A stretch of DNA of 32,000 bases from an uncultured Christensenella sp. (GTDB lineage: Bacteria; Bacillota; Clostridia; Christensenellales; UBA1242). Where the stretch lies: assembly GCA_949296965.1 (NCBI GenBank), contig CASFQL010000015.1, positions 34,273 through 66,272 on the forward strand. The letters are read 5' to 3'. Positions 9,039-19,065 of this stretch are shown here, piece by piece (the stretch's first letter is position 1; each line of letters starts with the position of its first letter). The notes beneath the pieces are model-generated. The model was not told the DNA's origin and ran no database searches. It saw nothing but the letters and a program-made list of their open reading frames with translations. The position numbers were made by a program, and so were the translations under genes.

Positions 9039-10106
9039 ATGAAAGATAATTATTTTAAACAAAGAGATAAACTAAACCAAGAAGAAATAAGAAAGGTTTT
9101 ATATAACCTTCCCTATTTTTGTGATGAATTCATTAGAGGAATTGAAAGCAATACTACCCCTCTTACAAGGCTGGGATATGCCCAAGATTTAAGTAGGTTT
9201 TTTAAATTTTTAACAACTGAAATTATAGAATTTAAAGATAATAGGATAAAAGATTTAACTATTGATGATTTATCAAAAATAACAGCCACTCATCTTGAAA
9301 TCTATCTAAATTATCTTTCTGGTTATTATAATGAAAGTGATAAATATTTATCCAATACTCCTGTAACAAAAGCTAGAAAATTATCCGCTATTAGATGTCT
9401 ACTAACCTATTTTTACAAAAAAGATAAACTTGCTCAGAATGTATCACAAAAAGTCAATACTCCTAAAATTAAAGAAAAAGAAATAATTAGATTAGAAGTT
9501 GATGAAATTGTTAAGTTGCTAGACAATGTAGAATCTCCCTCTTATTTTTCAAAAAGACAAAATTCCTATAATAGAATTACGAGAAAAAGAGATGTTGGAA
9601 TTTTAACCTTAATGTTAGGGACAGGAATTCGAGTAAGTGAATGTGTAGGATTAAATATTGAAGATATAGATTTTAATGTGAATGGTTTTAAAGTAACTAG
9701 GAAAGGCGGAGGACAATCAATACTTTATTTTTCAGACGAGGTTGCAAAAACATTGAAAGAATATTTAGAAGAAAGATTAAATAATGAAAAAGTTTCTCCA
9801 AATGAAACTGCCCTATTTCTATCTCTAAGGAATACAAGAATTGGTGTTCGTGCAGTTGAAAAATTAGTTAAAAAATATAGTGAAAGTTGTATACCTCTTA
9901 AACATATAACTCCACATAAACTTAGAAGCACATTTGGGACAAATTTGTATAGAGAAACAAAAGATATCTATATTGTTGCAGATGTATTAGGACATAAAGA
10001 TGTTAATACAACTAAGAAACATTATGCGGCTATTTCAGAAGATGCAAGAAAAAGTGTTGCAAACATTGTAAAATTAAGAGATAGCACTTTAAACGATGTT
10101 AATTAA
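9039..10106 (+). CDS. Tyrosine site-specific recombinase (XerC/XerD family)
   Basis: Catalytic signature 'GTGIRVSECVGL' (Arg), 'HKLRSTFGT' (HxxR) and 'LGHKDVNTTKKHY' (His, Tyr), with an N-terminal SAM-like core-binding domain. No obvious Shine-Dalgarno precedes the ATG. Confidence 0.85.
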   Translation: MKDNYFKQRDKLNQEEIRKVLYNLPYFCDEFIRGIESNTTPLTRLGYAQDLSRFFKFLTTEIIEFKDNRIKDLTIDDLSKITATHLEIYLNYLSGYYNESDKYLSNTPVTKARKLSAIRCLLTYFYKKDKLAQNVSQKVNTPKIKEKEIIRLEVDEIVKLLDNVESPSYFSKRQNSYNRITRKRDVGILTLMLGTGIRVSECVGLNIEDIDFNVNGFKVTRKGGGQSILYFSDEVAKTLKEYLEERLNNEKVSPNETALFLSLRNTRIGVRAVEKLVKKYSESCIPLKHITPHKLRSTFGTNLYRETKDIYIVADVLGHKDVNTTKKHYAAISEDARKSVANIVKLRDSTLNDVN

Positions 10107-10402
10107 ATAAACATTATTACGATTACAAAGATAATTTAATTCATATAACAAAATTTTTAAGAATTTTTATAAATATAAAATTTTGAGTTATTAGAACATA
10201 ATTTCATATTATGAAATCTTAATCTTAATTAATAGTTTTTATCCAAAATTAATAGTTTAACCCAAATATCATCAATTATTGGCATAAAAATTTTTATAAT
10301 AGTACTTATTTTTGTTATTTAAGATAAATGACATTAAAAATTAAGTTGTTCATTAATATATATATTCCTAATTATTATAGATTATATTTTATCTAATTTT
10401 TT

Positions 10403-10416
10403 AGAACATATGTTTG
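10403..10416. promoter_or_regulatory. LexA operator (Cheo box) overlapping the lexA -35
   Basis: AGAACATATGTTTG compared with the Gram-positive consensus CGAACATATGTTCG. It overlaps TTGACA at 10414-10419. Confidence 0.6.
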
Positions 10417-10442
10417 ACAAATGTTTTATAGTATGTTATCAT
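10414..10442 (+). promoter_or_regulatory. Putative sigma-A promoter of lexA
   Basis: TTGACA (10414-10419), a 17-nt spacer, then an extended -10 TGtTATCAT (-10 hexamer at 10437-10442). The ATG is at 10464. Confidence 0.45.
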
Positions 10443-10463
10443 CTTGTTAAAGGTAAATAAATT

Positions 10464-11078
10464 ATGAAAAAAAATATAAATGAAACTTTAAATAAAACAT
10501 ATAAAATAATAAAAAGATATATTGATGATAAAGGTTATCCCCCAACAGTAAGAGAATTGATGGGCGAATTAGGTGTAAATTCTACATCTACTGTTAAATA
10601 TTATCTTGATAAGTTAGAAGAAAATAATTTAATAAAAAGAGATTCTAACAAAAATAGGTCAATTGAATTAGTTGAAAGTCATATGAAAAAAGATAAAAAA
10701 GATACAGTCTCTATTCCCCTTCTTGGAGATGTTGCTGCTGGGAATCCAATTTTTGCCTTAACAAATTATGATGAAATATATGAATTCCCTAATAGTCTAT
10801 TTAACATAAAAGAAGATTTGTTTATGTTGACTGTCAAGGGAGATAGTATGATAAATGCTGGGATATTTGATAAAGATAAAATAATTATAAGAAAACAAAA
10901 TTATGCAGAAAATACTGAAATCATTGTTGCTATGATGGAAAATTCTGTTACAGTAAAGAGATTTTTTAAAGAAAAAGATATTATTAGACTACAACCAGAA
11001 AATGATTTATTGGAACCTATTTACAGTAAAGATGTTAAAATATTAGGTAAAGTGGTTGGTCTTATAAGGATATATTAA
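10464..11078 (+). CDS. lexA: LexA repressor
   Basis: N-terminal wHTH 'GYPPTVRELMGELGVNSTSTVKYYLDKLEENNLI', cleavage-site region 'VAAGNP', and S24 peptidase 'GDSM ... VKRF'. Confidence 0.9.
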   Translation: MKKNINETLNKTYKIIKRYIDDKGYPPTVRELMGELGVNSTSTVKYYLDKLEENNLIKRDSNKNRSIELVESHMKKDKKDTVSIPLLGDVAAGNPIFALTNYDEIYEFPNSLFNIKEDLFMLTVKGDSMINAGIFDKDKIIIRKQNYAENTEIIVAMMENSVTVKRFFKEKDIIRLQPENDLLEPIYSKDVKILGKVVGLIRIY

Positions 11079-11533
11079 AATTACATTTTCTTTATTTATA
11101 TATTAATCTTTTATTTAATTTATATTAATTTATTTAATTCTTATTTTGATATTAAATTTATTTGATTCTTATATTGATAATAAATATTTATTTTTTTAAA
11201 ATATCCTTATCTAAAACAATTAATCTAATTATTATGTATAAATATAAACAAATATATATATATAATTATATAAATTTATAAATTTATAAATTTATTTGTT
11301 TCAGTTGAAAACAAAAACAAAAATTCGTATAATTTTTATTTAAAATATATTAAAATTTTATTAAAATTTAATTAATTATTAGAAAAAATATTTAATTATT
11401 AATCATAATAAGTTAGATAGAAGATGAATATTTATTCATTTTCTGTTATTTTTTTAATAAGTTATATTTTTATATAAGTTATAAATTAATATCTATTTAA
11501 AATAAATTAAGTTATAATTTTATAACTTGACAA

Positions 11534-11567
11534 ATAAAAAAACAATAACATATTTAGATGTTATTGT
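11534..11567 (-). terminator. Rho-independent terminator downstream of glyQS
   Basis: Perfect 10-bp stem acaataacat (11542-11551) / atgttattgt (11558-11567), followed on the minus strand by a T-run (the A-run at 11535-11541 on plus). Confidence 0.6.
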
Positions 11568-11581
11568 CTTTATTTTCAAAT

Positions 11582-12964
11582 CTATTTATTGTAAATTTTT
11601 CTTTTTAAATAATTTATTAATTCCTCAACATTAACTCGTTCTTGTTTCATAGTATCTCTATCTCTAACAGTTACACAATTATCTTCAAGTGTGTCAAAGT
11701 CAATTGTAACGCAACATGGTGTTCCAATTTCATCTTGTCTTCTATATCTTTTACCAATACTTCCCGATTCATCATAATCACAATTAAAATTTTGCTGTAA
11801 AGTTTTAAAAATTTCATCAGCTTTCTCACTTAGATTTTTTTGAAGTGGTAAGACAGCAACTTTAATTGGTGCTAATTTAGGTAAGATTTTTAATACAACT
11901 CTAGTTTCTCCATCATCTAATTTTTCCTCAGTATATGCGTTAGCAATAAGTGTTAAGAATAATCTATCAGCCCCCACAGAGAATTCTATTATATATGGAA
12001 TAAATTTTTCATTTGTTATTGGGTCTAAATACATTAAATTTTTACCTGAAAATTCTTGGTGTCTAGTCAAATCATAGTTAGTTCTATTATGAATTCCATT
12101 TAATTCTTCCCAACCAAAAGGAAAATTAAAAATAATATCTGTTGCCGCTTTTGCATAGAATGCTAATTTTTCATGGTCTTTAAATTTCAATTTTTCAGCA
12201 GGTAACCCAAGAGATTTATAAAAATCCATTACTTTTTGTTTATATAAATTAAAAAATTTTTCATCTTCCCCTGGTTTACAAAATAATTGATATTCCATTT
12301 GTTCAAATTCAATAGTTCTAAAAACAAAATTTCCAGGAGTAATCTCATTTCTAAATGATTTACCAATTTGCCCAATTCCAAAAGGAATTTTAGCTCTCAT
12401 TGTTCTTTGAACATTAATAAAATTAATATATTCACCTTGACAAGTTTCAGGCCTTAAATAAATTGTATCACTTGCATCCTCGGTAACACCTCTTTTTGTC
12501 TGAAACATTAAGTTAAAATTTTTAATTTCTGTAAAATCGCATTTTCCACAATTTGGACATTTTATTTGTTTTTCTTTAATATAGTTAGCCATTTCTTCTT
12601 TTGTCATAGTATCAACAGACATAACTATTCCATGTTTATTATTATATTCGCTTATTAAATTGTCTGCTCTATGACGAGTTTTACAATTTCTACAATCCAT
12701 TTTAGGATCGGAAAAAGAAGAAACATGTCCGCTGGCTTCCCAAACTCTTGGGTTCATTAAAATGGCGCAGTCAACACCATAACTATTCTTATCTCTTGTA
12801 ACAAAATAATCCCACCAAGCTTTCTTTATGTTGTTCTTCAACTCTACTCCCAATGGACCATAGTCCCATGTATTTGCAAGCCCACCATAAATTTCACTAC
12901 CAGGGAAAACAAATCCTCTATTTTTACAATATGCAACTAATTTTTGCATAGTAACATTTTCCAT
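11582..12964 (-). CDS. glyQS: Glycyl-tRNA synthetase (homodimeric alpha2 type)
   Basis: 460 aa. 'RGFVFPGSEIYGGLANTWDYGPLG', 'IGKSFRNEITPGNFVFRTIEFEQME' and 'GADRL' are typical of GlyQS. Confidence 0.95.
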   Translation of the reverse strand: MENVTMQKLVAYCKNRGFVFPGSEIYGGLANTWDYGPLGVELKNNIKKAWWDYFVTRDKNSYGVDCAILMNPRVWEASGHVSSFSDPKMDCRNCKTRHRADNLISEYNNKHGIVMSVDTMTKEEMANYIKEKQIKCPNCGKCDFTEIKNFNLMFQTKRGVTEDASDTIYLRPETCQGEYINFINVQRTMRAKIPFGIGQIGKSFRNEITPGNFVFRTIEFEQMEYQLFCKPGEDEKFFNLYKQKVMDFYKSLGLPAEKLKFKDHEKLAFYAKAATDIIFNFPFGWEELNGIHNRTNYDLTRHQEFSGKNLMYLDPITNEKFIPYIIEFSVGADRLFLTLIANAYTEEKLDDGETRVVLKILPKLAPIKVAVLPLQKNLSEKADEIFKTLQQNFNCDYDESGSIGKRYRRQDEIGTPCCVTIDFDTLEDNCVTVRDRDTMKQERVNVEELINYLKRKIYNK

Positions 12965-12982
12965 AATATCAAATTTTACCTT

Positions 12983-14191
12983 TTAATTACCTTTTTTCAT
13001 AACTATTTCTTTTGTTTGTCTAGCAATACTTAATTCTTCATCTGTTGGAATTACATAGACAGCGACCTTTGAATTATCTGTTGAAATTTTAAAGTTCTCG
13101 CCTCTTATAAAATTTTTATTTGCGTCTATATCAAAATTAATTCCTAGATAATCCATATCTTTCATTACTGCTTCTCTAATATCATCTCTATTCTCTCCTG
13201 TTCCAGCAGTAAATGCTATTGCATCAACTCCACCCATACTTGCGGCATATGCTCCAATATATTTTTTAATTACATAGACAAACTTATCTATTGCTATTCT
13301 AGCCCTTTCATTTCCTTCTTTTTTTGCTTTTAAGACATCTCTTATATCATTACTAATTCCGCTCATTCCCAGAAGTCCACTTTTTTTATTTAATGAATTA
13401 AGAGCATCTTTTATACTCATCCCTGTTTCATTCATAATATATTCAACAACAGCAGGGTCAATATCTCCACATCTAGTTCCCATAACTAAACCTTCAAGTG
13501 GAGTAAATCCCATTGAAGTGTCAACACATTTCCCATATTTTATTGCTGCGATACTTGCTCCATTGCCTATATGGCAAGAAATTATCCTTAAATCTTTAAT
13601 ATCCTTTCCCAAAACTTTTGCAAGTTCTTTAGAAACAAAGTCATGGCTTGTTCCATGGAAACCATATTTTCTTACTCCATATTTTTCATACCAATCATAT
13701 GGGACAGCATACATATATGCATAATCTGGCATAGTAGCATGAAATGCAGTATCAAAAACTGCAACATTCTTTACTCCTGGCATAACATTTTGACAAGCCT
13801 CAATACCCTGTATATTTGCAGGCATATGTAAAGGCCCAAGTGGAATGAAACTTTTTAAATCATTTAAAACTCTATCATTTATAAGAGTTGCCTTACTATA
13901 TTTTGTTGCACCATGTAAAACTCTATGCCCTACTGCAGATATTTCTTTAAGAGATTTAATAATTCCAATTTCATTGTCAACAAGAGTATCCAAAACTAAT
14001 TTTAACCCAGCAGCATGGTCTTTCAATGGTTTTACAATTTCGATAGCCTTACCGTTAACTTTATGTGTTAACTGAGAACCTTCTCCACCAATTCTTTCAA
14101 CAAGTCCTTTTGCTAATAATTTTTCATTATCCATATCAATTAACTGATATTTAATTGAACTGCTTCCAGCATTAATTACTAAAACTTTCAT
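12983..14191 (-). CDS. ackA: Acetate kinase
   Basis: 402 aa. 'MKVLVINAGSSSIKYQL', 'GHRVLHG', 'FDTAFH', 'YGFHGTSH' and 'CHIGNGASI' are canonical acetate kinase motifs. Confidence 0.95.
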   Translation of the reverse strand: MKVLVINAGSSSIKYQLIDMDNEKLLAKGLVERIGGEGSQLTHKVNGKAIEIVKPLKDHAAGLKLVLDTLVDNEIGIIKSLKEISAVGHRVLHGATKYSKATLINDRVLNDLKSFIPLGPLHMPANIQGIEACQNVMPGVKNVAVFDTAFHATMPDYAYMYAVPYDWYEKYGVRKYGFHGTSHDFVSKELAKVLGKDIKDLRIISCHIGNGASIAAIKYGKCVDTSMGFTPLEGLVMGTRCGDIDPAVVEYIMNETGMSIKDALNSLNKKSGLLGMSGISNDIRDVLKAKKEGNERARIAIDKFVYVIKKYIGAYAASMGGVDAIAFTAGTGENRDDIREAVMKDMDYLGINFDIDANKNFIRGENFKISTDNSKVAVYVIPTDEELSIARQTKEIVMKKGN

Positions 14192-14424
14192 TTTTACTCC
14201 TTAATATATATTTTCATAATAAAATTTTAACATAAAATCATTGCTTTTTTAAAAAAATTAAATATTAAAATTTATTATGATAGCGATAATGATATTATAT
14301 TATATTTAAAGAAATTTTTCAAAGATATTTTTACTAATTTTTAAATTATTATATTTCAAATTTAAAAAACTACATAACTTATAATAAATAGAACCTATTC
14401 ATAGTAATATACAAACTTTTAAAT

Positions 14425-15420
14425 TTAACTATTTGCTTGTATACAAGTGATTGCGGTCATAACAACTATATCATTAACACAACAGCCCCTTGATAAATCA
14501 TTAACAGGTTTATCAAAACCTTGCATAATTACTCCGACTGCTTGAAGTTTTCCAAATCTTTCAATCAATTTATATCCAATATTTCCAGCATTTAAATCTG
14601 GGAAAATCAATACATTGGCGTTACCAGCCACATCGCTATTTTTTGCTTTAATTTTAGCAACTTCTTTAACAATAGCACAATCAAGTTGCATTTCGCCATC
14701 AATTTTTATTTCTTTATTTTCAGATTTAACTAATTCAATTGCTTTTCGTATTTTTAAAATACTTTTATCATCATTTCCACCACTACCAAAACTAGAAAAA
14801 GATAGCATTGCAATTTTTGGGGATATTTGACAGAAATTCTTTGCACTTTGAACAGTTGATAAAACAATATCTTTTAATTGTTCTGCTGTTGGCTCAATAT
14901 TTAGAGCACAATCAGCAGTAAATATAACATTATTTTCTCCATAACCTAATTTTTTTGTCCCTACCATCATATTACAGGAAGAAACAGTTTTTATATTTTG
15001 CTTTGTTTTAATGATTTGAAGAGCAGGTCTTAAAACATTTGCGGTTGAAGTCTCACTTCCACCCAAATAACCGTCTGCGTAACCTAATTTAACTAACATA
15101 CAAGCAAAATAAAAATTATCTTTTAATAGTTCCCTTGCTTCTTGCTTAGTCATTCCTTTGTTCTTTCTAATCTCAACAAGAGAGTCAACAAATTCTTCCA
15201 ATAAATCACTATTATTTGGGTCAATAATTGTTGCTCCCTTTAACTTAGACGATTTTTTTAAAATCTTATTAGGATTTCCAAGCAAAATAACTCTCGCAAT
15301 TTTTTTTCTTAAAATTATTTGAACCGCCTCTATTACTCTCTGGCTTATCTCTGCCTCAGGGAAAACTATTGTTTTTTCCATCTTTTTTGCTCTATTTAAT
15401 AAATTATTTACCTTGAACAT
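14425..15420 (-). CDS. pta: Phosphate acetyltransferase
   Basis: 331 aa. 'IVFPEAEISQRVIEAV', 'YFACMLVKLGYADGYLGG' and 'NDLSRG' match the Pta/Ptb family. It lies upstream of ackA on the same strand. Confidence 0.85.
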   Translation of the reverse strand: MFKVNNLLNRAKKMEKTIVFPEAEISQRVIEAVQIILRKKIARVILLGNPNKILKKSSKLKGATIIDPNNSDLLEEFVDSLVEIRKNKGMTKQEARELLKDNFYFACMLVKLGYADGYLGGSETSTANVLRPALQIIKTKQNIKTVSSCNMMVGTKKLGYGENNVIFTADCALNIEPTAEQLKDIVLSTVQSAKNFCQISPKIAMLSFSSFGSGGNDDKSILKIRKAIELVKSENKEIKIDGEMQLDCAIVKEVAKIKAKNSDVAGNANVLIFPDLNAGNIGYKLIERFGKLQAVGVIMQGFDKPVNDLSRGCCVNDIVVMTAITCIQANS

Positions 15421-15614
15421 AATTCACCTTTTAATTTAATTATTTTAATTTAATTTAAAACATATTAAAAATAATTTATTTAACGAATAATGATAATCAC
15501 AGATAACAACATAGAATATCATATAACAATGAAAAAATATTGTCTAGCGTTATTTATAATATATTCTTGACAATTAACAAAAAATCTTTTAACCTTTTTG
15601 TATACGGAGGAAAA

Positions 15615-16097
15615 ATGAGAGTAGATAAAATAAATTATTATCTTAATATCGCCGAAACCGTTGCAGGTAGAAGCACTTGTCTTAGAAGAAAATTTGGAGT
15701 TGTTATTGTAAAAAATGATGAAATTATTTCAACAGGGTATAACGGGGCTCCAAGAGGTCGAGCCAACTGTTGTGATTTAGGCTATTGTTTGAGAGAAAAG
15801 ATGAATATAGCAAGAGGAGAAAGATACGAACTTTGTAGAAGTGTTCATGCCGAAGCAAATGCGATTATCTCTGCTCCTAGAGATAAAATGATTAATGGAA
15901 CTATATATATGGTAGGAATCGAAGCACAAACAAATGAATACATAAAAAATGCAAGTTCATGTTCTATGTGTAAAAGATTGGTTATAAATGCAGGAATAGT
16001 AAATGTAATTGTAAGAAATTCAAAAGAGGATTATACAATTTATAGTGTTGAGGACTGGATTAAGGAAGATGATATAAAAGGCAATTTTGGATATTAA
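15615..16097 (+). CDS. comEB: dCMP deaminase (ComEB-type cytidine/deoxycytidylate deaminase)
   Basis: Zinc motifs 'HAEANAI' and 'CSMCKRLV'. The start is placed at ATG 15615, preceded by ggagg, rather than the TTG at 15540 in the ORF track. Confidence 0.85.
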   Translation: MRVDKINYYLNIAETVAGRSTCLRRKFGVVIVKNDEIISTGYNGAPRGRANCCDLGYCLREKMNIARGERYELCRSVHAEANAIISAPRDKMINGTIYMVGIEAQTNEYIKNASSCSMCKRLVINAGIVNVIVRNSKEDYTIYSVEDWIKEDDIKGNFGY

Positions 16098-16129
16098 AAA
16101 CTAGCAGTATTATTTATACGCTAGTTTTT
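16096..16129. terminator. Bidirectional hairpin between convergent comEB and the patatin gene
   Basis: Stem aaaaactagc (16096-16105) / gctagttttt (16120-16129) with a 14-nt loop. It overlaps the patatin stop codon. Confidence 0.5.
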
Positions 16130-16910
16130 ATTTTGTCTGTTCTAAAATTTCTGGTAAAAATTTATTAGTGGCATTCACACCATTTTCTATTGATTTTTTT
16201 GCATTTTCATATGAGAATTTATCAAAATCGACATTGGGTTGTTCAATTTGGATATATATATCACCTTTGTCTTTTATATTTTTTATATAATTAGATACAG
16301 CAAGACAACTAGCATTAAAGACTAAATCTAAAAGAGATTTCATCTTAGAGTGCTTCTTATAAAAACTGCAAACATCAATGGTAATTACCACATCTGCACC
16401 GAGTTCTCTTGCCTCTTTTACAGGTAAATTGTCATGTATTCCCCCATCAACTAAACAATGATGACCAATTTTAACAGGTTTAAAAAGCCCTGGAATTGAC
16501 ATACTTGCTCTAATTGCAGTCGCCAAGTCTCCTTCTTTGAAAACATATTTTTCACCACTATTTAAATCGGATGCGATACAATTAAATTTAATTGGACAGT
16601 CTTCAATTTTTTTATCACCTAAATACTTTCTGAAAATATTTAAAACCTTTCTGCCGTATAGCAATCCATTATCGGTTAATCCAAAAATATTTAAATCAAT
16701 AAACTTTCTATTAGTGAAATTAAGCATTATTTTGTCCATTTCTTCCAAACTCATTCCACTAGCATAGAATCCGCCAATGATAGCACCCATAGAAGTCCCT
16801 GTTATTATGTCCACCTTAATATTATTTTCTTCTAAAACTTTTAAAACTCCAATATGTGCATATCCATAAGCAGCACCTCCACTTAAAACAAGAGCAACTT
16901 TATTTTTCAT
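16128..16910 (-). CDS. Patatin-like phospholipase
   Basis: Oxyanion 'LVLSGGAAYGYAHIGVL', nucleophile elbow 'GTSMGAIIGG' and catalytic Asp region 'LVDGGIHDNLP'. Confidence 0.85.
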   Translation of the reverse strand: MKNKVALVLSGGAAYGYAHIGVLKVLEENNIKVDIITGTSMGAIIGGFYASGMSLEEMDKIMLNFTNRKFIDLNIFGLTDNGLLYGRKVLNIFRKYLGDKKIEDCPIKFNCIASDLNSGEKYVFKEGDLATAIRASMSIPGLFKPVKIGHHCLVDGGIHDNLPVKEARELGADVVITIDVCSFYKKHSKMKSLLDLVFNASCLAVSNYIKNIKDKGDIYIQIEQPNVDFDKFSYENAKKSIENGVNATNKFLPEILEQTK

Positions 16911-17059
16911 TTTATCTCCTTTAAACCTTTCTATTTTAAAACTATTTTATGTATTTTGCAAATAAAATTAACACTAAATGATTATTTTTTACAATGTTGA
17001 TATAGTTACACAATTACACAAATTATCATAAAAATGAAGAATTAAAAATAACATTTAAT

Positions 17060-18043
17060 ATGAGCAAGTTAAAAAATTTTGTTAAAGAAAACTATGAAGT
17101 TATTCTATGTTTTTTTCTATTTATAACAATTATTTTAGTTACTATTAGCCCGTCAAAATATATCACAACTACTTTTTTTGGAATTAAAACATGGGCGACA
17201 ATTGTTTTGCCTAGCCTATTTTTCTTTTTTATTCTAACAAAATTATTAATGCAATCAAAAACAAGTTTTATTATAACATCAAGTTTTGATAAGGCTTTTG
17301 GTAAATTATATAATGTAAAAAACTATTCTGGATACATATTTTTAATGAGTTCACTTTCTGGCTATCCTCTTGGTGCAAAATTAACTTATGAATTTTATAA
17401 TCAAAAATTAATAACAAAAAATGAAGCAAAGAGATTATTAAGTTTTTGTTCTACCTCAGGCCCAATGTTCATAATTGGTAGTGTCGGAGTTGGGTTATTC
17501 TTAAATCAAAAACTTGGTATTATAATTTTTTTATCGCACATTCTCTCTGCCTTAATAAACGGATTAATTTATAGAAAAAGAGATAAAGAAGAAAAGTATA
17601 AAGAAGATGAAAATAAACTGATTTACAAAAAAGAAAACCTACCTACCATTAAAAAAGAAAACTTAAACGATATAATGTATAATACAATTATTTCAGTCCT
17701 AATGATAGGTGGATATATAACAATATGTTTTGCTTTTTTGGAAGTAATTTCATCTTTACAAATTTTAAATTTAATAAATGTTCCAATACTTCAAAGCATT
17801 ATAAAAGGAATAATAGAAGTAACAAATGGTTGTGTATCTTTATCTACAATAAATTGTTCAATAAAAGTTTTATGCGTTATAATAACTAGTTTAATAAGTT
17901 TTGGTGGAATATCAATACATTTACAAAATTATATGTTTTTTTCAAAAATAGGAATAAGTTATAAATACTTTTTATTAACAAAAGTTACTCATACAATAAT
18001 ATCTATTATATTAAGCAGTATTTTTAGTGCAATATTCTTATAA
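17060..18043 (+). CDS. ylbJ: Sporulation integral membrane protein YlbJ-like (nucleoside-recognition-domain membrane protein)
   Basis: 327 aa and polytopic. 'FFGIKTWATIVLPSLFFFFILTKLL' and 'FCSTSGPMFIIGSVG' resemble YlbJ. Confidence 0.6.
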   Translation: MSKLKNFVKENYEVILCFFLFITIILVTISPSKYITTTFFGIKTWATIVLPSLFFFFILTKLLMQSKTSFIITSSFDKAFGKLYNVKNYSGYIFLMSSLSGYPLGAKLTYEFYNQKLITKNEAKRLLSFCSTSGPMFIIGSVGVGLFLNQKLGIIIFLSHILSALINGLIYRKRDKEEKYKEDENKLIYKKENLPTIKKENLNDIMYNTIISVLMIGGYITICFAFLEVISSLQILNLINVPILQSIIKGIIEVTNGCVSLSTINCSIKVLCVIITSLISFGGISIHLQNYMFFSKIGISYKYFLLTKVTHTIISIILSSIFSAIFL

Positions 18044-18053
18044 TTTAGTGCCA

Positions 18054-18863
18054 TTATTTATAAAAAGCATAACATATTGAATTTATTTCGTTAACTTCAT
18101 CTTTTAATACTTTTTCTTTTCCAGCAATATCATTTAATGCCATTACAAGAGCAACAGTTATTTTTATATTTTTTAAGCGACAAGCCTCTAATAATGCTTC
18201 TGCAAGAATTTCCACATTTGACTTTTTATATTCATTTTTTAATAATATGGTTTTATCAAGTAATACCATACTAGTCCTTGTCAAACTATTAAATAGCAAA
18301 TCAATCTCATCTTGGCTAATATCATCTTGTTGATTGTTTAATTTATTCTTAAATTTATCCAAATGTTTTTCAATCAATTTCTTGTCATAGTTTAGAGTAA
18401 CATTTTCTTTTTCGTAATCGTCTTGTTCATCAAAAATTGAATCAAGAGCTTTTATAATAGCATTTTTAAAAGGAATAATTAAATTTTTAGCAAATGACTC
18501 ATATTCTTCCGTTTGCGTATTTTGAATTGGAAATTGAGTTGAAAGAAATTCATTAAAATTAATCTGTTTGCTATCTATATCAACAAGCAAAGAGAATACA
18601 AAAGGAATTATTTCTTCTATATTTTCAGGTAATGTTAAACAATTTCTTCCCTCTAATTCATTTTTTTTCTTAATTTCTTCAAATTCTTTTTTAAAATCAT
18701 AGTTAATTAAACTCTCTGCAATCAAATCATAAATTGGTGCGCATATTGAAACTGACCTTAATATTTTAGCAATTTTTATATCCGCTAAAATAAATTTTCC
18801 TTCAATAAACTCATCACAAGCATTTATAAAACTCCTAATATTATTTGACTCTATACTTTGCAT
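18054..18863 (-). CDS. Hypothetical acidic soluble protein
   Basis: 269-aa ORF with no TM segment and no motif I recognise. It is divergent from the DUF4364-like gene. Confidence 0.5.
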   Translation of the reverse strand: MQSIESNNIRSFINACDEFIEGKFILADIKIAKILRSVSICAPIYDLIAESLINYDFKKEFEEIKKKNELEGRNCLTLPENIEEIIPFVFSLLVDIDSKQINFNEFLSTQFPIQNTQTEEYESFAKNLIIPFKNAIIKALDSIFDEQDDYEKENVTLNYDKKLIEKHLDKFKNKLNNQQDDISQDEIDLLFNSLTRTSMVLLDKTILLKNEYKKSNVEILAEALLEACRLKNIKITVALVMALNDIAGKEKVLKDEVNEINSICYAFYK

Positions 18864-19065
18864 TTAATATACCCCCTTAAAGTCTTAAAGCAAAAATTGT
18901 TGAGAAAAATAAACTTTTGACTAAATGTTAACTATTATGATATCACATATTTGTAAAATTAAAAAACAAATTTACAAAATATATCCCGTATTTATTTGAT
19001 TTTTTTATATCTTATTGTTATAATTTTTTGCGTAAAATGTATTTTTTAGGAGAAAAAATAATAAA

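Noticed and set aside
9039-11078. Integrated prophage or island marked by the tyrosine recombinase
   Set aside because: Housekeeping genes flank it directly on both sides. No phage, conjugation or cargo genes are present, and there are no direct repeats suggestive of att sites. It is more consistent with a chromosomal Xer-like recombinase.
266-14830. Short antisense ORFs nested inside larger genes (266-490, 721-909, 3700-3909, 4375-4557, 7897-8082, 9725-9931, 13518-13724, 13643-13831, 13845-14075, 14615-14830). The same applies to those beyond this span (16537-16767, 19264-19494, 21618-21962, 22850-23104, 23355-23630, 30378-30611, 31395-31610).
   Set aside because: Each is fully embedded opposite a CDS with clear family motifs. 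Their compositions are typical of antisense translation of AT-rich genes.
15540-15614. N-terminal extension of the dCMP deaminase from a TTG start
   Set aside because: The extension has no homology-like features. The ATG at 15615 has a ggagg RBS and gives the normal N-terminus.
6725-16910. CBASS-like system formed by the NTase-like gene and the patatin-like phospholipase
   Set aside because: The two genes are ~8.5 kb apart and separated by housekeeping genes (serS, lexA, glyQS, ackA, pta). They belong to different transcription units. The patatin gene looks like an ordinary standalone lipase.
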